A stretch of 64,000 nt of DNA, from positions 1 to 64,000 of IMG/VR virus record IMGVR_UViG_3300046003_007336; one strand, given 5' to 3'. This document shows positions 48,152-54,690 of the stretch, piece by piece. A program made the position numbers and the translations under genes. Source of the stretch: a virus. Positions within the stretch are counted from its first letter, which is position 1. Each line of letters begins with the position of its first letter. Below the pieces are notes generated by a model, which ran no database searches, had not been told where the DNA came from, and saw only the letters and a program-made list of their open reading frames with translations.

Positions 48152-48192
48152 TTTATTTTGCAGATTTTGGACCACCCGGCTAATGAGCAGGA

Positions 48193-48474
48193 ATGGACAA
48201 TCTCTTCCTCGACGTCGAAACCCCTTACGCCGATGTTCGGCGCCAGATGGAAGCGAACTTCTTCGCCACCCGGCAGCCCGGCCAGTATGATTTCTGGGTC
48301 CGCAAGGGTATCCCGACCTGGGGCGCCGTGTCAGTCTTCGACATGCCTCCCCTGCTTGACGACGAGGAGCCCTGCAAGGTGGTCCGCTTCCAGTTTGATT
48401 CTGACAACGAAGCCCTGGCTTTCTACCTCCGCAACGCCAACATCTTGCTCCGCATGGAGGGCATGACGAAGTGA
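48193..48474 (+). CDS. Hypothetical protein
   Basis: RFQFDSDNEALAFYLRN. Confidence 0.65.
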   Translation: MDNLFLDVETPYADVRRQMEANFFATRQPGQYDFWVRKGIPTWGAVSVFDMPPLLDDEEPCKVVRFQFDSDNEALAFYLRNANILLRMEGMTK

Positions 48475-48731
48475 AAGCCAACAGCGCGGCTATGGGCTTG
48501 CTTCCAACCTTGGCCGATCTCATGGAACGCAATCCAGAGGCCGAGCCCGGCGATCTCGATGTGGCTTTCACTGCGGTGAATCAACCGGCCTTCCGGGAAT
48601 GCGCTCGCTATCTCGGCTACACCCCTGATCATGGCTTCGTCTATCGGCTTCGCTTCCCGACCCGGAACGACGCGCTTGAATATCTCCTCCGGCACAACCC
48701 CAGCTACTGGTTATATCGTGATCATCAATGA
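48471..48731 (+). CDS. Hypothetical protein
   Basis: YRLRFPTRNDALEYLLRH. Confidence 0.65.
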   Translation: MKANSAAMGLLPTLADLMERNPEAEPGDLDVAFTAVNQPAFRECARYLGYTPDHGFVYRLRFPTRNDALEYLLRHNPSYWLYRDHQ

Positions 48732-48996
48732 GAGCCATGAGCACCTGACGTTGGACCGATCAGATTTCGGACCACCGGGCCCTGATGAATATGACTTCGC
48801 CATCAAGCGAAATTCACCCACCATCAACAACCTGAATGGCGAATGCATCGGTAACTGGGAGATTGACCAGTCTCAGATAGAACGTCGGCGAAACCTCATG
48901 CACGGTTATCTGTACCGGCTCCGGTTTCCTTCAGAGACAGCCGTGCTGGCCTTCTACATGACCCACTCCGACTACGTGATCTGGTTCAGGAATTAA
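48718..48996 (+). CDS. Hypothetical protein
   Basis: YRLRFPSETAVLAFYMTH; close paralog of the previous two. Confidence 0.6.
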   Translation: MIINESHEHLTLDRSDFGPPGPDEYDFAIKRNSPTINNLNGECIGNWEIDQSQIERRRNLMHGYLYRLRFPSETAVLAFYMTHSDYVIWFRN

Positions 48997-49031
48997 TTGA
49001 CCGGTTTCGGTTTCCCCAATAGGGTGCCGAA

Positions 49032-49436
49032 ATGCAGGAGCCACTCTACAGAACAGGCACGAGCCTCCGTGTCCCATATTTTCGGGATGATCTCCTGCTC
49101 GTGAACTGCACGTCCGAGGATGCGAGCATCGTCGTGCTCGTTATCGCTGATGGGGAACGCGAGGGCATCCTGGCTCGATACACGCCCGTCCTGCGGGGAT
49201 GGGCCTATCAGTTGCACACTCGCTCCTTTGAGCTTCTCTCCCAGCCCCTGCTGGACCCTTATGAAACCGAACCCCGCAATCCCCAACCGGGCATTCGAGA
49301 TGTCTTCGCCACCATCAATGACGTCTGTAAGGGCCGCTGGGGTTTCAACGGGCGTGACATGATCGACGGCGTCGTCACTCTCATTTTCGAGGACGAACGG
49401 GACGCGGCAGTGTTCAGGCTGGCCGACCGATGGTGA
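49032..49436 (+). CDS. Hypothetical protein
   Basis: FEDERDAAVFRL. Confidence 0.65.
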   Translation: MQEPLYRTGTSLRVPYFRDDLLLVNCTSEDASIVVLVIADGEREGILARYTPVLRGWAYQLHTRSFELLSQPLLDPYETEPRNPQPGIRDVFATINDVCKGRWGFNGRDMIDGVVTLIFEDERDAAVFRLADRW

Positions 49437-49711
49437 ATGAGATCATTTGGCAAGGAGACCCCGTTCGGGCTCCCCGGTGCGTCCTCTCGACCAAGATCAC
49501 CCACACGGGCAATTCGTCGCCGGACTACCACAGCCACATGGCTGAGCGCGACACCCTTGTCGCCCTCATCGAAGAGCTTGCCCTGAAGTCCTATGCGTCC
49601 GGCCGCCTGCTCTTCAAGCGTCAGGGCGTCGCCCGCTATGACGGCGTGTGGGAAATCTATTGGTTGAGCGACGCCGACGCCATGGCCCTCAAGATCGCGT
49701 GGGAAGGATGA
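49430..49711 (+). CDS. Hypothetical protein, KLKMLW family
   Basis: WEIYWLSDADAMALKIAW. Confidence 0.65.
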   Translation: MVNEIIWQGDPVRAPRCVLSTKITHTGNSSPDYHSHMAERDTLVALIEELALKSYASGRLLFKRQGVARYDGVWEIYWLSDADAMALKIAWEG

Positions 49712-50133
49712 TTCGCAAACCCTTCAGAGAGATGGTGGGTCTACACAGTTTTGGGGCTGTGGCCGACTGGATTGTCAGTCACCCCCAGGTCTTGATCGAC
49801 AATCAGAACACATCCATGCGGCTCTTTTTCGCAGCCCGGTATGCCGCTCATCTCTCCCCGGTCATCGTCTGCCCGGACTTCGAGATCAAGAAGGTGAGCT
49901 TCAACATGAGACAGCCCGAGGGGCGGTTCATCTATGGGGATATGTTGATCGTGTGGTCGGGGGCCAAAGACTTCAACCCGTTCACCGGATTTGAGAGCAG
50001 TGGTCTCGTTCTGACCGGACGTGGTTGCGCGACCCGCGACGATGACGAAAACCAACGTCACCGGTATGATGTTAGGTTCACGCGCACGGTCTGGCACCGG
50101 ATGATCACTCGCATGATGTTGGAAGCCGAATGA
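49708..50133 (+). CDS. Hypothetical protein
   Basis: ATGA overlap. Confidence 0.55.
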   Translation: MIRKPFREMVGLHSFGAVADWIVSHPQVLIDNQNTSMRLFFAARYAAHLSPVIVCPDFEIKKVSFNMRQPEGRFIYGDMLIVWSGAKDFNPFTGFESSGLVLTGRGCATRDDDENQRHRYDVRFTRTVWHRMITRMMLEAE

Positions 50134-50516
50134 CGATGCTGCGATTCTATGCTATCGACGAGGACGGTATCGAGATCAGGACCGCTCATCTGATGCGCGT
50201 GAACCCGTTCGGCGCCGAGCACGACAAAAAAAATCGCCCGATTCGAAAAGGGACGTTTGCGCGGTATCGGAGAGGGGTTCCCAATCCCTTCATCTGCGCG
50301 CGGTTTTCCCTCCAGGCCGCCGACTATTATTCTGGGTGCCCCGTAACTCGTGATCGAATTCAGTGGATTCACGACAACACAACCGGCTGCTGGTCGATCT
50401 ATTCGTACACCACGAAGGCCGCCCGCCGCATGGGTTCCTCCAATGATCTTTGGTGGTTCACCTTCGGGTTTCAGGACCGCGCCGATGCCGCCAAATACAA
50501 GATGGTGTGGGAATGA
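50130..50516 (+). CDS. Hypothetical protein
   Basis: FGFQDRADAAKYKMVW. Confidence 0.65.
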   Translation: MTMLRFYAIDEDGIEIRTAHLMRVNPFGAEHDKKNRPIRKGTFARYRRGVPNPFICARFSLQAADYYSGCPVTRDRIQWIHDNTTGCWSIYSYTTKAARRMGSSNDLWWFTFGFQDRADAAKYKMVWE

Positions 50517-50719
50517 CCTCAATCTGCCTACCGAGTAATCTCTGTGATATCGAGTTCCGACGCGCTGGCACGACCGACGCCGTGTTGAAATGGTGTGAGG
50601 AACACATAGGAAACCGCGTCGAGGTCAAGGCCGAGTGGATTACTCGACGATATGCGCAGGTGTGGATGCATTTCGAGCGCGACACGGACTTCGTCGCCTT
50701 CAAACTAGCGTGGCTCTGA
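50513..50719 (+). CDS. Hypothetical protein
   Basis: FERDTDFVAFKLAW. Confidence 0.65.
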   Translation: MTSICLPSNLCDIEFRRAGTTDAVLKWCEEHIGNRVEVKAEWITRRYAQVWMHFERDTDFVAFKLAWL

Positions 50720-51060
50720 TGGACGAAGATGCAGAAACTGAGATCGAAGCTCTTAAGGCCAAGATCGTCACCATGTTTCACAAGTCTCAAAATTTCTTGC
50801 AAGAGAAAAAAGAGGCCGATGAAGCGGCGAACTTTATGTGGACGGTGCTGAAGAATCTCAACGATGGCTGGCATGCTTTCCATACGGCACCCCTAGACGA
50901 AGACGACAAGAATGCAATTCTCCGCTGGGTTCGCCGCTATGTGGACATGCCAGACCGGACGTGGTGCTATCGAGAGTACGGTTCCAGGATGTCCTTTATT
51001 TTCGCCTTCCGCCACGCCAGTGATTGCGCGAAGGCCAAGCTGATGTTCGATCATGATTGA
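50719..51060 (+). CDS. Hypothetical protein
   Basis: FAFRHASDCAKAKLMF. Confidence 0.65.
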   Translation: MDEDAETEIEALKAKIVTMFHKSQNFLQEKKEADEAANFMWTVLKNLNDGWHAFHTAPLDEDDKNAILRWVRRYVDMPDRTWCYREYGSRMSFIFAFRHASDCAKAKLMFDHD

Positions 51061-51295
51061 CGAGAACTCCCACCCGGACCTCCACACAGCCAACCTGCTC
51101 TTGAAGCTCCACAACGTCCCGGCGATCATCAAGGACCGGAGCTATCGGGCCGACCGTGACCCCCGCCCGTATCGGCTCTCCTATGGGCTGGCGCGGTTTA
51201 ACCGTGAGGCAGACAACGCTCGGTCCTATGAGTGGACCCGCGTATACAAGACGCCCGCGAGCCTCCTGGCTGGCGTGAGGAGACTGGTAGAATGA
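51053..51295 (+). CDS. Hypothetical protein
   Basis: 80 aa coupled ORF. Confidence 0.55.
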   Translation: MIDENSHPDLHTANLLLKLHNVPAIIKDRSYRADRDPRPYRLSYGLARFNREADNARSYEWTRVYKTPASLLAGVRRLVE

Positions 51296-51639
51296 ACGAC
51301 GATTTCATCTACGACGCCGAACTGAAGAGGAACGTCTTTGTCGGCGATCTCGAAAAGTTGAAGGCGTCGTTCATCTGGGACAAGCCACCCGACGATCTTG
51401 ATATCGCCACCTATACGGTTGCTGGTCGAGGCTTTGTCTGGCACGAGCTAAAGCGTGCCGAACTCCATTTGCTTCGGGCCGCGTTCGCGGCTGACACCTT
51501 CGAGGACTTCGAACGCCACATGGCCTCCGCGCAGAAAACGCGGTGGGCGGCCCGCTATGCCCTACCGGTCGATGACTATTTCCACCCAGACGCTGAGGCG
51601 GCACGCCAAAAGACTATCTTGGAGAAGATGCGTCGGTAA
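51292..51639 (+). CDS. Hypothetical protein
   Basis: ATGA overlap. Confidence 0.6.
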   Translation: MNDDFIYDAELKRNVFVGDLEKLKASFIWDKPPDDLDIATYTVAGRGFVWHELKRAELHLLRAAFAADTFEDFERHMASAQKTRWAARYALPVDDYFHPDAEAARQKTILEKMRR

Positions 51640-51678
51640 TTACTTGACGTGTGTGTCCAGTAGTGTAAAGGTTTTGGG

Positions 51679-52113
51679 ATGAAACTCGCGACCTATCAGT
51701 GCCAGTCCTGCAACAAGGATTTCGCCGCCCGCCCGGTTGACCGTGCGCGAGGCTGGGCGCGCTTCTGCTCCAAATCCTGCAAGGGTATTCGGCAGAAACA
51801 GAACGGCGGCACCCTCCCGAGGAAAGCCAAGCACGTGGCCGCGAACAAGACCCGTGCGGCGAACCGCAACGCGGGGATGACCGAGGTTCAAAAGCTTCGG
51901 GCACGCGCCGCAGGAGCCGCTCGCGCACAGGGCGTGGATATCAGGACGTGGTTGGAATACCGGCACACCTACGGGGGCAACCCGCAGTTTGATCGCCGGG
52001 GCAACTACGAGGGTTTCTCGGCTCGGTTCTCTGAGGAGGTCGAATACGACGAGTTCGAAGACCTCTACCGGGACATGAACATCGACAAGGTGGACGACGG
52101 CGGGCATCTGTGA
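51679..52113 (+). CDS. Zn-ribbon protein
   Basis: CQSC.KDF...RFCSKSC; TTGACG promoter at 51644. Confidence 0.65.
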   Translation: MKLATYQCQSCNKDFAARPVDRARGWARFCSKSCKGIRQKQNGGTLPRKAKHVAANKTRAANRNAGMTEVQKLRARAAGAARAQGVDIRTWLEYRHTYGGNPQFDRRGNYEGFSARFSEEVEYDEFEDLYRDMNIDKVDDGGHL

Positions 52114-52328
52114 GCGACGTCGAGATCGACCTTATAGTTCGGTCATCCGACCTCAGCTACGGAGTCCTCTCGCGCGAGCGAGAGGAACTCATCCAACTGG
52201 TCCAGCACGTTTCTCCAGGATGGGCGTCCCATTTTGCGCTGCGATGGCCAACTGACCCCACCGAGCCCCGATGGACCGTACTCGGCCTCACCGCCCACGA
52301 GGGAAGCAAGGTCATGCTGCTATGGTAG
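52110..52328 (+). CDS. Hypothetical protein, KLKMLW family
   Basis: WTVLGLTAHEGSKVMLLW. Confidence 0.65.
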   Translation: MSDVEIDLIVRSSDLSYGVLSREREELIQLVQHVSPGWASHFALRWPTDPTEPRWTVLGLTAHEGSKVMLLW

Positions 52329-52672
52329 AGGGAACGTGGTTCTGGTCCCACGGCTTCAAAGCCCTTGAGCCCGATCAGGCACCGCGCCCGTTTCGCTATA
52401 CGCTGAGTCAGCTTGAGGCGATGTCATGGGAAGACCAGATCAAGTCATTCCTGTCGAGATGGAACGTCACCGCAGAGGGCGAGGAAAAACCCATCGAGCG
52501 AATGGCGTTCATCCTCGAACACGGTATCAAGTTCCATAGCCATGTGGAACACCTGTCACGCGAAATGGCGACTTTCTACTATGTGAGCGTCCTCCTGCCC
52601 CCACGCCGCGCCGTTGAGTTCACACTCCGGTGGGATTTCTGGATGGAAGACGAATCGCCGGTCCCCAGCTAG
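52322..52672 (+). CDS. Hypothetical protein
   Basis: RAVEFTLRW. Confidence 0.55.
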   Translation: MVEGTWFWSHGFKALEPDQAPRPFRYTLSQLEAMSWEDQIKSFLSRWNVTAEGEEKPIERMAFILEHGIKFHSHVEHLSREMATFYYVSVLLPPRRAVEFTLRWDFWMEDESPVPS

Positions 52673-52729
52673 GCATAAATCGACGTTGTTGAATAAATAT
52701 GGGTCAACCCCTCTTGCAGGAGACCCCAC

Positions 52730-53137
52730 ATGGTCGATATTACTGATTTCAACGCTGATTGCGCCCGCTCGTCACTTGACGACGTGCTCAAGCACCTTCC
52801 CGGCATCGTCGCCGACGTCTACAACGATTCCGTCGTCACTGTCGCCGGAACCGCCTATACCCTCGACCCCCTGACTTCGGGCAAGGTCATTGAGTTCACC
52901 GCTGGCACCGCCGTAACGGTCACCCTGCCGAACTCGCTGCCGGTCGGCTTCCAAGTCACCGTTCGCCAAGCTGGCGCCGGTCAGGTCGGTTTCGCGGTCG
53001 CTTCTGGCGCAGTTCTCCGCAACCGCGCTTCGCAGACCAAGCTCAACGCCATCTGGGCTGTCGGCGCCCTGGCCGTTCGTGCCAACTCCAACGGAGCCAC
53101 CGCAGAATACGTTCTGAGCGGCGACACCGGAGCCTAA
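52730..53137 (+). CDS. Late virion protein (fibre/decoration-like beta domain)
   Basis: TAAATA near 52694; VTVTLPNSLPVGFQVTVRQAGAGQV; isolated late gene among early ORFs. Confidence 0.7.
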   Translation: MVDITDFNADCARSSLDDVLKHLPGIVADVYNDSVVTVAGTAYTLDPLTSGKVIEFTAGTAVTVTLPNSLPVGFQVTVRQAGAGQVGFAVASGAVLRNRASQTKLNAIWAVGALAVRANSNGATAEYVLSGDTGA

Positions 53138-53143
53138 TACCAA

Positions 53144-53165
53144 GAGGGGCACTTCGGTGCCCCTC
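53144..53165 (+). terminator. UUCG hairpin after the late gene
   Basis: gaggggcac-TTCG-gtgcccctc. Confidence 0.6.
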
Positions 53166-53204
53166 GCCCCTTGCACCAATATGGTGTTTCGCCGTAGATC
53201 GACT

Positions 53205-53399
53205 ATGGCCAGAATCGATCTTCCGATCAAAACACAAGACCTAAAACAACTCCCCATCGAGTTGGATTTTCTGTGCGATCTCATGCGCTCCTACGAAATC
53301 AGCTATCAGATAGTGTGGCCGCCAAACAAAAACTGGTGGTTCTGGTCTATCAGTGGCCTCGACGATAGCGACGCGACCAAACTGACGCTGCTGTGGTGA
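53205..53399 (+). CDS. Hypothetical protein, KLKMLW family
   Basis: WSISGLDDSDATKLTLLW. Confidence 0.65.
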   Translation: MARIDLPIKTQDLKQLPIELDFLCDLMRSYEISYQIVWPPNKNWWFWSISGLDDSDATKLTLLW

Positions 53400-53437
53400 C
53401 CGGCCGGAAATAAATCTCACCACCCGCATTTTTCTTA

Positions 53438-53468
53438 TTGACGCCAAATCGTCCTCGAAGTATAAATA
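53438..53468 (+). promoter_or_regulatory. Overlapping sigma70 and T4-type late promoter of the Ala/Pro operon
   Basis: TTGACG-N17-TATAAA, whose -10 box is also a perfect TATAAATA. Confidence 0.8.
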
Positions 53469-53475
53469 GGACGTT

Positions 53476-53583
53476 ATGTTGATCCTGTTCACCCTCGCTG
53501 CTCTGACCGCAGCCGCTGCCATCGCAGCGGGACAGGCCCCCGTGCGCTTCGCACCAGCCCCGGCTAGCCGACCGCGACCCTAA
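53476..53583 (+). CDS. Ala/Pro-rich leader peptide (35 aa)
   Basis: MLILFTLAALTAAAAIAAGQAPVRFAPAPASRPRP; 12 Ala (all four codons) and 5 Pro; starts 7 nt after the promoter. Confidence 0.55.
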   Translation: MLILFTLAALTAAAAIAAGQAPVRFAPAPASRPRP

Positions 53584-53666
53584 AGGGTAGCGGTATATAA
53601 GCAGCCAGGATGGTGATCGGCGCGATGCCGATACGTCCAGCAAAACAATCTAGGAAACGTGGCCTT

Positions 53667-53742
<76 letters not shown>

Positions 53743-53767
53743 CGTCCTAGTATTCACGATGTGTCAT

Positions 53768-53844
53768 CGGGGTATAGCTCAGTCTGGTAGAGCACTCGCT
53801 TTGGGAGCGAGGGGTCAAGAGTTCGAATCCCTTTACCCCGACCA
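53768..53844 (+). tRNA. tRNA-Pro(UGG)
   Basis: Cloverleaf, C1:G72, encoded CCA. Confidence 0.95.
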
Positions 53845-53874
53845 CACGTGAATCCTTCAAGGTATCTGCTCAGT

Positions 53875-53948
53875 CGGGGTGTAGCGCAGTCTGGTAGCGC
53901 ACTGGTCTCGGAGTCCAGGGGTCGTAGGTTCGAGTCCTACCGTCCCGA
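53875..53948 (+). tRNA. tRNA-Pro(CGG), CCA not encoded
   Basis: Cloverleaf with CT-CGG-AG loop; ends ...CCCG-A-CT. Confidence 0.85.
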
Positions 53949-53969
53949 CTGAACAGATAGTTTGATCAT

Positions 53970-54026
53970 CGGGGGAGGCCGTGAGAGGCCAGTGCACTGA
54001 GGTGAAAATCCTCCACCCCCCGTCCA
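53970..54026 (+). ncRNA. 57-nt mini tRNA-like element without an anticodon arm
   Basis: CGGGGG/CCCCCG stem, GGCC-GTGAGA-GGCC arm, GAGG-TGAAAAT-CCTC T-like arm, 3' TCCA. Confidence 0.5.
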
Positions 54027-54035
54027 AACCATCTT

Positions 54036-54111
54036 GGGGTCTTAGCTCATCTGGTAGAGCGCAACACTGGCAGTGTTGAGGTGGCGGGTTCGAGTCCCGC
54101 AGATTCCACCA
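54036..54111 (+). tRNA. tRNA-Ala(GGC)
   Basis: Cloverleaf, G3:U70, CCA. Confidence 0.95.
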
Positions 54112-54115
54112 TTCA

Positions 54116-54215
54116 TGGGCGTGTCGGCGACAACGGGGGCTACCCCGCTAGGCCACCTGCGGTCGGCCCGAAAGGGGGCTTCAGGGAGAGGTGCAAGGCC
54201 TCTCGCGTTCCACCA
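54116..54215 (+). ncRNA. Non-canonical tRNA-like RNA with Ala identity (100 nt)
   Basis: TGGGCGT/GCGTTCC-A-CCA acceptor (G3:U70); GAGAGG-TGCAAGG-CCTCTC T-like arm; extra internal hairpins. Confidence 0.6.
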
Positions 54216-54248
54216 ACCCCGGCGCAATCCCGCGCCACGAGAACCGAT

Positions 54249-54419
54249 ATGGACAAGAAGACGGAGAAGAAAAAGAAGAAACTGCTAGATCGCATCGCCG
54301 AACTGGAAACCGAACTCCGGCAGTCGCTGGGGAAGAAGGATAGTCGCACCGTCGAGATCGACGTGCCGTCCCAGATGCGGAAGATCGCCGATTTGCAGGC
54401 ACAAGTATCGCGGATGTAA
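54249..54419 (+). CDS. Small basic coiled-coil protein inside the tRNA cluster
   Basis: MDKKTEKKKKKLLDRIAELETELRQSLGKK... Confidence 0.65.
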   Translation: MDKKTEKKKKKLLDRIAELETELRQSLGKKDSRTVEIDVPSQMRKIADLQAQVSRM

Positions 54420-54425
54420 ATCCAC

Positions 54426-54500
54426 GGGGATATAGCTTAACGGGTAAAGCGCGCCCCTCGCACGGGCAAGTCTGCGGTTCGATTCCGCATATCTCCACCA
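54426..54500 (+). tRNA. tRNA-Ala(CGC)
   Basis: Cloverleaf, CT-CGC-AC loop, G3:U70, CCA. Confidence 0.9.
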
Positions 54501-54505
54501 ACAAC

Positions 54506-54577
54506 GGGCGGCACAGCCAGTGCAATGGGAATAAGCTTTCCCAGAAGAGTGGGAGTGGCTCTCCCCTCCGTCCACCA
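54506..54577 (+). ncRNA. Degenerate tRNA-like RNA with Ala identity (72 nt)
   Basis: GGGCGG/CCGTCC-A-CCA (G3:U70); TGGGAA-TAAGCT-TTCCCA and GGGAG-TGGCT-CTCCC arms. Confidence 0.55.
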
Positions 54578-54582
54578 AACAG

Positions 54583-54661
54583 GGGCCAGAGAACCACAGG
54601 CGTGGTTCGACGGTGAAGGGGGTCGCTCCTCCATGGGGTTCGATGCCCCACTGGTCCACCA
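54583..54661 (+). ncRNA. Non-canonical tRNA-like RNA with Ala identity (79 nt)
   Basis: GGGCCAG/CTGGTCC-A-CCA (G3:U70); 7-bp D-like arm with 4-nt loop; TGGGG-TTCGATG-CCCCA T arm; no canonical anticodon loop. Confidence 0.65.
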
Positions 54662-54690
54662 TTTCAACACCAACATCCTGGGAGGATGCT

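Noticed and set aside
53991-54009. Hammerhead-like core (ctgagg...gaaa)
   Set aside because: Does not match CUGAnGA and lacks the three flanking stems.
54525-54690. ORF-track N-terminal extension of the AlaRS (ATG 54525 or 54633)
   Set aside because: Lies inside two CCA-ending tRNA-like elements, has no SD and no AlaRS similarity.
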